A DNA stretch of 64,000 nt, taken from the NCBI GenBank assembly GCA_036172245.1, contig JAYWIR010000015.1, positions 1,674,001 to 1,738,000 of the forward strand, given 5' to 3'. The notes under the pieces were generated by a model. That model was not told the DNA's origin. It made no database searches and worked only from the letters and a program-made list of their open reading frames with translations. The position numbers and the translations under genes are program-made. This DNA comes from Raillietiella orientalis. Lineage: Eukaryota. Positions 42,201 to 55,600 of the stretch are shown here, piece after piece; position 1 is the stretch's first letter; each line of letters begins with the position of its first letter.

Positions 42201-43156
42201 GATTTGTAAACAATTCTTTGATTTATAATAAGTCATACAACAAGAATTATTTGTCATAAATGCCAGAGTATCTTTATATGTAATAGAAGTTCTCGTCAGG
42301 AAGTTGAAATTTTGTAGTTTGTTAATGTCATGATTAAGAAATGATAGAAAATTTCCTAATGCATTTGAGGAGACGATAGATCAAAAATGAATAAAAATTG
42401 ATTTTATAATTATAGTTAAATGGAAGTGTAGCTAGAAAATGAAAGCCAATCTGTATTGGCAAACAGATATATTACCAAGTGCATAGATATAAATGTATGC
42501 ATTTTCTCTCAGCAATAGGTGCATACAATTATTGATAAGTTACACTTTAATTTATGTTAATAAGGTCATACTTCTACAACGCATGTAGTTAGTTTTCAGT
42601 TATATTGCTACTTGCTCAATGCCAATTGAAGTATTGGAATTTTATGGAGATTTTTTTTCAATTACTTGACATGCTGCACTTAAAAGTAAAACATTGACGA
42701 AAAATCACATATCAGTTCAGAGTACATTGAAGTATTTTTCTAGAGTACTTTTGCAAAAAGTATGCAGGAAAATACATGTACACACTGTGAGAAAACCGTC
42801 GCTAAGGTACACAAAACTACAAAGTTCTACAGCGAACGCAAAATGATGAAATGAAAGTGAAGTGTTATCGGTCGAGAATGACCCTGAAAGTACGTACTTC
42901 ATATCGAAGAAAAAAAATGTCATTTAGATGCCAGTCGGTTTCGTAAGACATTTCGAAAGAGTTTGACGTAGCTACTGGTATTAGAATGTGAAAGGGTGAC
43001 GAATGTGGTGTGAGAATATCGAAGCATATGAAATTTTTAAGCAAAGAAAATGTAATAATGGGAAAAATTGTTGATAGGAAGAATTGTTTTGAAAACTCCA
43101 ACTGACAAACTGGGAAAAGTTTGTGTGAAGTTTATCCTAAAAAGAAATTTGGTGTT

Positions 43157-45001
43157 ATGGCGCATGTACTATTCCTTTTAAGCCATTTTTTGTTTATGCT
43201 CAAACTATATGCAGCACCCACAAAGAACAGAAATATCAGTGATGTGGACGAAAGTGCTAATGAAATTGATTTGGCCGTAAATATTAATTTTTTGTTCAAG
43301 AAGTGGTATTGAAAATCAAGGGGGTTTTTATGATTGATTTGTTATCATGTTGTAATGGGAAAATTTGAACCTTGTATTTATTTCAAACATATCTTAATAG
43401 AATTTCAAGTTTTAAAGCAAACTGTCTATTGAACTGCAAGTCGCATATCAGAAACGGGAAAATGTACTTTTTGGAAAACAAACCTAGCTGCACTAGGTTT
43501 TCATTAATGTTTTTTAGGATTTCAACTTGGAATATGGAAGGTATTTGAAGGAAATTATAGAAACCTTAGAAGGCGATCAGAATTTCAAGAACCAGCTGGA
43601 GAATGCTGATCCTGATGATATAAGAGTATGCTAAGTTACTTAGAATTTAGATTTTTGATAATTATTCCTTGTGGATCTGAATGTGATATTAGTAATCATA
43701 TGTATTTAATATGATAGAATGGACGAATCGCTGATAGTCTGGGCTTGGTGGACTATAAGATACGATCAAAGCTCGATGAAATCAAGCGTCAAGAATTGGT
43801 TCGTATGCAGCAAGCATTTTCCCATGCAAAAGGTTCTGGTATGGAGCGGAAAAGATTGAGGGTTCCTTCGCATATCAATTATAGGAATCCTTACACTTTT
43901 GATGAAGATGACTTGCGGAAACTTATCGCAAAGGTTTTTCAAGTGCTAAAATTTGTTATGTTGGTTGTAGACTTCCAGAGATTTGGAAAAATATGACCAG
44001 GAAAGAAAAGAGGAATTTAAGAAATATGAGATGCAAAAGGAGTATGAGCGTAGAAAGCAGCTTCAAGAAATGGATGAAGCTCACCGCCAAGAAGCTTTGC
44101 GAAATTTCCAGTTGCAGCAACGGAAGCATAAAGAGCATCCTAAAGTATGAAGTATTTGATATGTACGTCACATAATTGAATTTGAAGGTCCATAATCCTA
44201 TGAGTGAAAACCAACTGGAAGAAATATGGGAGCAAGATGATCAAATGGAGCTAGAAGATTTTGAAGCCAAAACTTTTTTCCGAATGCATGGTGAGTTCAT
44301 AGTTGCCAGAAATATTTTTAGGTGCTCCTTTAAACATATTTTAGATCTGGATGAGGATGGATATTGGAATGAAGCAGAAGTGAAGGCATTATTTGTTGGA
44401 GATTTGGATAAATTATATGATCCAAATACTGCAGACACTGATATGCGAGAGCGTATGGAAGAAATGGAACTAATGAGAGAGCATGCCTTTCAGCAGACAG
44501 ATACTAATAAAGACAATATGATAAGGTTAGCTTAAGTGTCTTGCTGAATGCTGAATTGACCGGCACATTGCCAGTTTTGATGAATTTCTTAAGTATACAG
44601 CAGAAGAAGAGTATAAAAAAGATCCTGGCTGGCAGCCATTAGATGATAAACAGATTTTTAGTGAACAAGATTTACAATTAATGGAACAGCAGCAAGGTGT
44701 AAGTGTAGGTGTACATAACTGTTATACTGAAAAATTTTGGCCAGTTGAAACACATCCCTGATACAGATTCTCTGTCAAAAGAATCAGTTGGAGTTGAAAG
44801 TGCTCAGCACCAAGCACAGGTTGTAAAGTGATTTTGCTCCTTTATATTCAGATGTTACAGAATGAATCAGTAGTAATCAATGAGCATGTGGGGCAATCCA
44901 AATCCCCATCTGAATTGAATGTGCAGTCTAAGAATGAAAATGAGCAGCCTCCAGATCCCTCTAATCCCCATGTGCAGTCTCATCCTGTTGTTAAAAGTTA
45001 A
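43157..45001 (+). CDS. NUCB: nucleobindin (NUCB1/2-like EF-hand Ca2+-binding protein), multi-exon
   Basis: Signal peptide MAHVLFLLSHFLFMLKLYAAP, then LEYGRYLKEIIETLE, IRSKLDEIKRQELVR, TFDEDDLRKLIAK, EEFKKYEMQKEYERR, QLEEIWEQDD and KTFFRMHD. EF loops are DLDEDGYWNEAE and DTNKDNMISFDE. The C-terminal exons and the stop at 44999-45001 are inferred. Confidence 0.95.
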
Positions 45002-45039
45002 TATCATGTACTCAATACATAAGTAACAATATGACAAGT

Positions 45040-46482
45040 TTATAATTCTTGTTGACTGATTCGAGGACTATGTGGGGAGCGTCTTTTCAATTTATGTTTA
45101 AGCTTTGGTGGAGCAGTAGTAGTAGTGGCATAAGGGTTTTGGTAATCTGGTGCTTTATTTATTATTCCAAGTTCTTGTGCTGCCTGAAAAATATGTGAAA
45201 AATGAGTTCAGAAATGCTTACCAAGTGCAATAAATTGTGGGTAGCTGCATCTAACCAGTAGCTTTGGTTACAGAATTGAAAAGCCCATTGCAACAATTTC
45301 TTGGGTGTTTTTTTTTGTAGAACATGATGCACTGCAGTTGGTTCATGCAGTAGCAGGTCTCCAAGAAAAACTGTATTTTCAAAAACCAGAGATACACCTA
45401 TGTACAAAATGTTTCATGAAGATTTAAGCAAGTCAATACTTTCTCTAAGTTGCACATCATCAGGGATATGCGAACTTGTGAAATTGGATTCCAAAATTTG
45501 TTTTCTTTCTTTAAGTAAGATTTCAAGAATTTTCTCAGCAAGCAACTTGACCATGTTGAAGCGCTTCTCATAATTCTTCAAGCCGTGGATTGATGCAATT
45601 GCTTCTGAATGTTGTTTGCGCTTAATTAGGAACAATCTTTGGACTACTTGTTAAGAGTTAGATTACTGATGATTATGCAATATTAACATGATTATTGTTC
45701 ACATGTGTGCTACAAATCTTAAACAGATACAATAGCCCACTGATGCAGCACTCATTGTAAAATTATAAATGTTTTTGCCACCAAACTGGCGTGTAGATCA
45801 GTTCAGCGATACTCGATGTTACAGCAATTCTGTTTGATTTTTTCCCATTGCTTTCATGCATGGAAGTCAGTTTTTTAACTCTTAGAACTTTTTTTTCGTG
45901 CAAGCATTTTCAACAAAAAGAAAATTAGCGATCACAAGAAAATGCGACTATGATTATGTACATTGTCCCTTTGAAGAATACATCTTTCAATGCACCACCA
46001 CACTTGGTCTATAATTAAAAACGTGCACCAAAGATAGCAATAAGGAACTTTCTTTACTCCCAAGTTGTTTACAATCAGCTTAACTTATATGCCAAGTTTA
46101 TTGAATTCTTAAAAGAAAAACTTAATATTGTGACTTATAAGAATTAGACTTGAAAACTAAAAAGAGTACACAAAAGTGACATTTTCTGTCCCCTGTCTGC
46201 TAATTATAGTTCTACGAAGCAAAAAAACTATTCATTCCATATTCAACAATATGCCTAGCATATGGGTATCAAAGTGTTTTACGTTATCATTAGTGAAATG
46301 AAACTTCGAAACCAGTTTCCCATCAGCTCCTTACATGAAAAACGGAATATCATGAAGATGCTGCAGTAATACTTAAAGAGGATACAAAGCTTGATGGAAT
46401 CTACTTGTGATTCAACATCTGCTTTTGAAATAGCATCCAATGGCTGACAACCATGTGCCCAAAGCAATAGAACCAAAAGGGC
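45040..46482 (-). CDS. CCDC134: CCDC134-like ER-luminal protein; start codon not located
   Basis: Exons are 46482-46386 (ALLVLLLWAHGCQP..VDSIKL), 45643-45440 (FQRLFLIKRKQH..), 45397-45222 (SLVFENTVFLGDLLL..LQWAFQFCNQS) and 45183-45040 (AAQELGII..YQNPY..PRISQQEL*). These match recalled CCDC134 motifs ENTAFFGD, WGISFCNQT, AQELGI and the C-terminal xxEL. Confidence 0.88.
45644..46385 (-). other. candidate U12-type (minor spliceosome) GT-AG intron in CCDC134
   Basis: The 5' site is GTATCCTCT. A branch-like CTCTTAAC lies at 45657-45650 near the AG, with no polypyrimidine tract. The phase-1 join restores the reading frame. Confidence 0.7.
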
Positions 46483-46565
46483 CTACAACAAGCTGATTAA
46501 AATGTTAAACAAATCAAGTGGTAATATGATGAGACAATCTCTCCCACTTAACTATTTTTCATGAT

Positions 46566-46571
46566 TTTATT
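46566..46571 (-). promoter_or_regulatory. probable polyadenylation signal of the PI3K gene
   Basis: AATAAA on the minus strand, ~80 nt after the PI3K stop codon. Confidence 0.5.
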
Positions 46572-46649
46572 TAATACAATATCATTAAAAAATAAGCAGT
46601 TTAAAATCATATAGTTTTTCTAAGAAATTTTTGACTAGATGTGATCACA

Positions 46650-49600
46650 TTATTGAAATCGTATCATGTTCCCTAGCTTGAGCCAATGTACAGATTCCTT
46701 GCAAAGATCCACATCACCCATAAACAGAGTCACAGCCCCCAAAAATTCATTTTCCTGAACCAAATCGTAATTCCAAACTGATGCTTGCATTGTACGCTGT
46801 TGTAATACTTCCAGGGGCATGCGATATTCCAACTAACACAAATAAAATTAGCAAATTGCTTGTATAAACAAGTTCACTTACCATTTCCATAAAGGTTGGA
46901 TGACAGCTTTTTTTAACAACTCGGGTTTTACGCTTTGTTATTCTCAATGCATCAGGTTGTAAGTATACTTTCACATATGCGGAAGGTTGTTGACCATTAG
47001 ATGCATGCAGATCTCGTGCATGATGAATCATAAGTTGCAATGTTCCACGGCAATAGAGCAGTGATAAACGAAGTTCCCCATACACTCTTCCCAACTGATA
47101 TTTTTCCAAATTCATTTCTTTACGCTCTATAAAGCAAGCTTCTTACTCTCAGGAAAAGTATTCTGGTACCTACTTTGGATAATGCTGTCCTGGGCTCCTG
47201 TGTCTTGTACATCTCGTTGTAGCTGATGGAAAAAAGTATATACCAAATCAGAATGGGCAATTTCTGGAGCTAATTGGAACAGCGAATCCAGAAATTTATC
47301 TATTTCTGTGCACCTCCTTTGTGCTACTTGTTTAATGCTGGAGCGACCAATAGATTTTCCTCGAGGCAGGCTATGGCATGCTGCTAAAGGAAAATGGAGA
47401 CATAATTTCTGATGTAACTCGCAAAATTCACGATAAGAACGAAAAAGAAACGAAGGAGTCAATCTGCCTTCTCTTTCTACTTTCACTACATACACATAGA
47501 ATTTTTCAGGTGCATAGCGCTTTTGAAAACTAACTATGCAAACATTTTGAATGCGTCCCTCTAGCTGTATGCTACATCTGATGTTAACAACTGCACATAA
47601 AATAAGGGTTCTTACCTATATGTTTTAGGAACAAAGCTTAATAATGAATTGCTATCAGTTGGAAAACGTAACTGCCCGAGTTGATGAATGAAGAAATTCA
47701 CTTGAGTAAACCAAGATCTTAAGGATTCTTCAATAAGGCGAGTAAATGTAGCTGCTGCTTCAGCCTTTGACATTTCAGGCAGTAAAACTGACTGAATGTA
47801 CTTGATAGAATCTTTGGTGAGATCTGAGATGCTTGATGAAACCATCTGGATGTGTGTTAAAAAATATACACGTATTTTTTAAATGCAGTTACCAAAGCAA
47901 ACAGATTGCAGAAAACAGCACTGTATTTCCTAAGAATATTGAATGCTTCACAACAGAGATCAACAAAATACTGGAATTTTTCCGTTGGTTTGACTCCATC
48001 ATTAATGACATATACCATGTCTGGTGTAAGGACAAAAGGTGCTCGATCACGGCGGAAATTGCCAAAGCGCTGAGCATTGCCCAAAAGTCGGCTAAAATCA
48101 ATATGAAAGAGGTGGCCAGTTGGCTTTAACATAATGTTGTCACTGTGTCGGTCACAGAGCCCTAACACATAACTAGCCACACAATATGCTGCACAAGAGG
48201 CTGTGAAATTGCACACAGCTTCTGCATATGTCATGGAAGTAGGATTATGAAGAGCCAACCAAGCAGCAATTGGACGATCTTGAAAAGCACCAGTCAATCC
48301 TCTTTCAGATTGAATTCGGCATAAAGAATCAGCATCCCCAATCAATTCCAATATACCTGAGTAGTAACACCAAATCAACCAAATAAAATGCAAATGAAAT
48401 ACCTTTCTTAGTGCCAGTTGGAATACAAAAATACGTTATGACTTTTAAATCCAAACCTTCTTGCAGCCATAACTTATCCATCATCCAAATTAATTGCATG
48501 GTAAGCCTATCTAGACGCAAATCATCGCCAATCTATATCCACCCAGACTTGAAAAACAATCACTGAAGAATTCTTTTTTACCTTAAAAAGTACTTCAATA
48601 GGGGAATCCATAAAGCCAGAATTTACAAAACAAATCTTCAAAGGCAGATTATAAGAATTAAAGTATGAACTAGAGCGCACATCAACAGAGCACACACGCA
48701 TACCAATGCTCAAAGGAAGGCTAACAGCACCAAGCTGTGATTTCAGTTTAGCATCCACCAACTGCAATTCTCGATGCAGGATATTCACTTTGGATGTGTT
48801 GTCACGTGCTGCTTTTAAATAATATGCCACACTTTCCAAATCCTAAAGTTGCAAAATAAACAGCGTCAGATCTTTACAATAATGAGAAACTTGCAAACCT
48901 TAATAAGACAACGCTGGCTAGCCAGCTGTTCACAGAAACTGATACCAACTGTTTCAAGGAGACCTCGCCTAAGAAGTTCGGTTCGCCTCCAATATCTCCA
49001 TTCTAATGGATGTCCAGATATATCCTGGCATTCTTCTACACTGCACTGCAAAAGCCAATATAAATGATGACAGAATGCAGGAGAAAGCAGAGCTTTTTCT
49101 AAAAGAAAGTGTGACAACACTGATGACTCATAAGTTTCATGCCGGAGGGCTTGGACAAGTTGAGGCAAGAAGTATACAAGTTCATCACTTTTCATAGCTT
49201 TGAGCCAATGAACAGCTTGTGCTCTTACTTCAATATCTGGAAAACTTCATAGGCATGCCACTGAGCTCTAAAGTTGCCTCACCATGGTAAGAGCAGCTGC
49301 AGGGCGTCAACAGGGTACATTGGCACCCACGAACGGATCATACTATATAGATCACTCAAGCTAAACCAATCCCAACTATGAGCAGACAATAAAATTTTAG
49401 GCAATGCCTGCGGAAATTGAGAAAGATAATGACGTTTTTCCCAGAGCACTTCTCGTTCTTCTGGTCGTATCCTAAACGAAATTTTTGAAATACAGCCTTT
49501 ATATGTTGCTTACCATGCATAAGGATCACGTTCAATAATATCCATTAATTGTTCTTTTGTGTTTTTATCTAAACTATCAAAATCTTGCATAGGAATAACT

Positions 49601-52600
49601 GTCACATCATCTGGAACTGGAGGAAAATACACCTTATCTCCTAAGACTGGGATTTCTAAAACTGGAACAAATAAATCACAATCAAACAGAGAAGTAAAGA
49701 CTGCAATTCCTACCCAACCTCCCCAACAACTGGGCTGGACGCAATCCCAATGGAGGTGCAGGCCCAATTCGTTTATCAGATATTGGAGGCCACAATTCCA
49801 AAATAAAAAGTCCTTGTCGCATCCTCCTAAGTGGCATTTTAAAGCATTATAGATTTCTTATTTACTATTCTGATTACATTAACAAATTGTATACATACCT
49901 TTTGCAGTCTATTAACTGTAAGGCAGTCCAAGCTAATTCAACATACGAAAGTTGATTTTCAGTATTTTGTAATCCTACCAAGGAAAAGACGATACGAGAT
50001 TCACGGGGCAAAAGGCACAAGGGAACATCTGGAAACCGGAGCCTGAAACAATTATGAATCTTACAGAATTTATGCTACCTTGAGGCGTTTTCAACATTAG
50101 TAAAGATTTAGCAAACCGAATACATACAAATTTCTGATACTTAAATTACAATAAATGCACTGAAAAGATAATCAAAACATTACGTAAGTATACAACTGAT
50201 TTTTTATTCTATTATGTGCTTTTTTTTTTCACAATTCTACAACATATGTTCTCTATCTTCACTTTACATGTATTTTATTTTCATCATGTTGCTACGTATG
50301 TTTTTTCATCACCTATTTGAGAGCTGTATTTATGGGTACACTGCATGAAGCAATAGAAAACATTTACATTATATATTAAATCAGATCAAAGAAACTTTTC
50401 ATTTAGAAAACCTGCTTCAAAACAAATCATTACATGGACTTACGGATTTGTTGCTCAGCAAGTCCTTCTATGCTAATTTCAAAATTAAGCTTTCATTTAT
50501 TGTTTTTTATATATACCTACGCCATTCTGGAGTCTAAATGCCATAATTACATTATATTTATAATCATTTCTAAATTATATATAATTACATTATATAAGAT
50601 TTAGAACACCAAAAGAGCACTTGAAAGTTAGACACGAATTTCATTTTAAAACCACCAAGTTCAAGGACTCAAATTAACACATATGCATACCATTAAAGAA
50701 GCAGCTATTAGTATTTTTAAAGTTGCCCCTTTATGCATATAAATGTCAACAATGTACACATCAATCACTTTATATGCTATCGAATTTATGTAAATAAACT
50801 TGTTCCAAGCAAGTTTGGAATTCATAAGTGTTACAAATCTCAATAAGCAAACATTTGTAAAGATGATGCAATATCTGTTCACGTAAAAAGATGGAATTAA
50901 TTACAATAGTTATCAAACTGATCATAAATTATGATATTTAACAGAAAATCATTTGAATTGATGGAATATTTAACAACAATCATCACCAAATCTGCTCACC
51001 ACTCATCTATGAAAACTTTTTCTTTGAAACCTGGAAGCAAGTGCTGAGATGCTGTAGATGCAGTTCCTCCAGTGATCAATGTGGTCCCATAATAAAGGGA
51101 AACATGCACACCAAACATCTCATATTGACATTCAAGTTGTAAACCATGAATACTATCCACTCTGACTTCAAAGCTTTCTGATAAATCAGGCAAATTTAGC
51201 ATTTCTAGACGGATGATAATGCATAATATTTAGAGGAATGTCACGAACTTAATTCAGAAGTTTCTTCAGAAAGAACAAAAAAATCCACAGGATATGAATG
51301 ACTGTATGCATCAATAAGATGACGCATTGCATCAGTTAATCTTGCCAGTTCAGAGTCCATGATAGATTGCTGATAATCACTAAGGATTTCTGATTGTCTA
51401 TCTGATACTGAACTACTCTGCTCACTTGATTTCTGCTAAAAATGTCTAAATCAGTCAAGTCAGGAGCAAATTTTCCTGATACCTTTAACTGGCTATGTGC
51501 AATGACAGTACACACTTCAGATAAACCTTTCTTGGCATCTATCAGCTCCTTAGTCTCCAGAGTATTAAGACAGGAACACACAGCTTTTACAGCTTGAATT
51601 ACACTATCTGCTCGAACACATGAAATCACTGACTGATGCAAACGGCTGATTTCCCTTTCATAAGCATCTATGATTACATGACAATGGGATTTATTGGTAC
51701 AGATTAAAAGCAAACATTATTGTTTGTATGTAAAAAGAAATAAAAGAAAATAGTAAAAAGAAAATGAAAAGTACCAATAAGATAGAGGAGAAATCAACAA
51801 GGATTATGAAAAGCACATACAACTGCATTCTTACCTAAAGTAATTAATAAATGCTGCAACACAAGATCTTGCTGCCCCACTTCTAAAAGTTTCTCTGGTC
51901 TGAGATGACTTAATTGGATATCATCATCTTTCTATTGTATATTTCGTAAAATGCCTTTTAGAAAGAATACCTACGCTGCGTAAAAAAGGCCTTTCCAAAT
52001 CTTGAAGAGGTAGCAAACATAAATGGACAGCTTGGTTGTTTCGAGAACACTGTTGAATAAAGTCATACTCTTTTAGTAAGGATGTTGAAGCTAAGTACTC
52101 TGCTCGGCCCCAGACTTGAAATATATACTCATCTGCATGGCTCACTCCTTTACCTAGGTGGCACAGCACTTGGCACAGTACATGTTGAACAGAAGAACTA
52201 ACTTAAAGCACAACATCAAGGATTGCACCAACAAAGAACTCAATCTTACTGTTGCATTGAAGTCTCCATTTCGGTAAATTAGCACTGGTCTGTATTTCTA
52301 GCCATATATTTGTCTCTTGCAAATGTGCACATTCTGACTTACTGCTAATAACCACTCCTGCATTTGTAACATGATCAGAGTAAACATACTGTGCTAAAAC
52401 AAACACTAACTAAACCTATGATTTGTATTGCTCACCTCGCAGATTAATCAACAAACGACAAAACATTTCAACTTCATCATCAAACTCATTTGACTGCCTT
52501 GACTTTACTTGAATTGTCAAATAATCATGGATCTGCTAACACATGCACAATCATGTAAGGTCATTTTAAAGGTGCAAAAATTATTTAAAATATCATAATA

Positions 52601-55600
52601 ATTGCATCCAAAACTTTCAATACTATGCAAATAAATTAAATCGTTAACCAAAGATGTAACATGAATACATACAGCAATTATTCTGAATTAAATTCAACTA
52701 ATCAACACATTTAAAACTAAATTTTCGAAAAGACATACAATCACTAGGTAGTCTTTGTATTTAAATATCCAAAGCTGTTTTATTTTGCAATTATCTGCTT
52801 TATTATTGAAATTTTAAGAGTAATTGGATTTTGACATCTCTAATCTCTAAGTCCACCTTATTTACGATTTCAAAAAAGGTTAAAAGAGTAAAAATAAAAA
52901 CTTCTTTTTCAATGTGTACATGAAATTTTGATTGTAAGATTCAAAATAGTAAATTACACAGCAGCACATTAATTCAGATTCAACAATTTTTGCTAACATA
53001 TTTTAAAAGTTCTGAAAATACAATAAGAAAAAAAGGTCCAAATCTTTGCAAACAATCTCGAAAATGACATAATATTGGAATTAGAAGGCTAGTTAGTTTC
53101 AACAATAAGACTATCAATAGTTGAACAGATTGGTTTCTAATTTTCTTAAAAAAACTGTTCCTGATTTCAACATGAAAACATTATTTCACATAGTAGTCAT
53201 CTGCTGCTTTTTTAACACAACATTAATTTATTCCTAATGTCCTTTGATAATACATTTACAAACTTGTTTATTTATTTACAAATTAACTATAAAATATCTT
53301 GCCTTCAATTTTTGATATCACTTAGTAATTGACTAAGATTACATGGTTTTCACAATATTATAAAACTATCATGTATGTGATAATTGCAAATAAAAATAAG
53401 ATACCTTAATTTTTTGCAATATTTTTGTGCGTTTTCTATTAAAGCATGAAATTAAATTAGATTTTTTAAGAGGAAGGGGTGGTGGTTTGTCATTTATACA
53501 CTGATATTGATTCAATGTTTCATATATGCATTCCTCTTTTCTAGAGTCCATTCCTTCCATATATTCAAAAGGATCACACATATTATAATAACTATTTTCA
53601 AACACACTATTTTTATCAACTGCGTATGCAGAAGAATTCTCATTTTTATTAGAAACAGCATTTGTAAAAGAACTATCTTTATTAATTTCTAATTCTTTTG
53701 CAAAATTCTTACTTGTATAAAGTGGATCAAAATACACTAAAACATTATCCTTATCTGAGATCACAGCATTATCTTTATCTACAATATCATTGAATGAAAG
53801 ATCAATTAAATTGTCAGATGAATATGGCAATTCAGATTCTGGATATGATAACTTTGGAACTTCAATTGATTCCACTGATTTAAATATCAATGGGAAACTT
53901 GTTTGGGATGCACAGGGAGATGTACTTGTTACAAAACGTGCTTCACATGGTTTCAACTCATTCTTAGTAAATGTATTAAAACTATTACTATGATCAGACT
54001 GTTTTTTCTGTTCTATTTCTGAAACACTACTGTTGACTTTGATGTCAATTTCAGAAAATAGAGATATCAAATCATTCTTATTTGTGGATGTTTTTTCTGA
54101 GTTTCTATGGACAAATTTGGGAGGAGGTTCAATGATGAAAACCTCATTATGCAATGAATCTGAATCAATGTCTTCAGTGTGGGTAGTAGCTGTTTTTTCT
54201 ATATGCAATCCACCTAGAAAAGAGTTAATCGGGGTGAAGATCAAAAATCTCACAGAAACATCCATAAGCAGATAAACATGCGATCAATACATATTTACCA
54301 CTTCAATTTCGAAAAAAACAAAAAACTCAATGAATCTTAATATTAAATGTTAGGATTACCCTAGTATAACCAATTATTATTCATTGAAAATTATTTCATG
54401 AAACAACAAGGTAAAAATATAAGCGAAATAAAAACTAAAGTGCCTGTTTGTTTACTGCAATTCCATTGAGACAATAATATAATGTAATGTGAATATTGAT
54501 TCAAAAATGAAATGAGAAAATGGATTAATCAAAATCTAATGATCATCCACTTAGGTTTATCAAACTTTCTAGCAAGTTATTCAATAATGCAAATGTCATG
54601 TTCGTATCTCAGATACAGATGAGAAAAATTGGTCCTTGTACACGTTGCTCCCTTTAAAACAACTGTGCATTCCCCCTAGTGTTAGAACTTACAACATCTT
54701 CCATAATTAAGTTAATTAAGTTCAATCATAGTATTTTAATGCAAATTCCTCCAAGAGTAATTATGTATATAGAGGTGACATTAAATAAGGCAAGAATGCA
54801 AACTCAGACAATAGTACATACAAAAAGTATGCAACACACACACATACACACATATTATAATTTATATATGTACGTACCTCTCTATCATCTAGCATCTCTT
54901 CTCTCACTATATATATATACATGCATAATGTAATTCCTATTGTATGAATTGGAATTAAACCAAAATCTGCACATATGTAAACATCTGTATATATATACAT
55001 GCAAATTTGGGTGTGATTCCTATTCATACAATCGTACATAATTTACAATCCTACATCCGTAATAGTAATTAATCCAGGCAGTTGAAATTTTTTTTTTCAT
55101 AAGAAAAACAGCTTTCTAAGTTACAGTGGATTCAATATTATTTGATACATACGTTAATGCATAACACAATTCTATTAAATTAAATTGGAACACTTTTACG
55201 TCTAATTGGATATCCTTCCTTTTATTCACTTGGAAATTTTTGACAATTAATAATGAAGACCTTATAAATACTTATGCATCTGACCAAAAACACTGCTTTA
55301 TGTTAAAATGACATGAGAATTCTCGATTTCAAAACACATTTGACGATCGACTCATGCCTTCCACAGAATGCACATAATACTTTTAGTGAACCTGTCTTGC
55401 TTGTGGCAAAATTATTACTCCACACAGGCCTGGAAATTTTCTATAGTCAAGCACGAGTGAAACGTAACATGGTAACATGGTATTGCTACTCACTAGAAGC
55501 TTTTTGCGAATCGGATTTTGGGTGAATATAAAGCTATGGAATCGCATTAAGAATCACTCATCACATAAAATACAACTACTCAAATGCACATAAGCAAACT

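Noticed and set aside
45731..45755. ATG at 45755 (MSAASVGY) as the CCDC134 start
   Set aside because: It gives no signal peptide and has a weaker donor. The 46482-46386 exon fits the family better.
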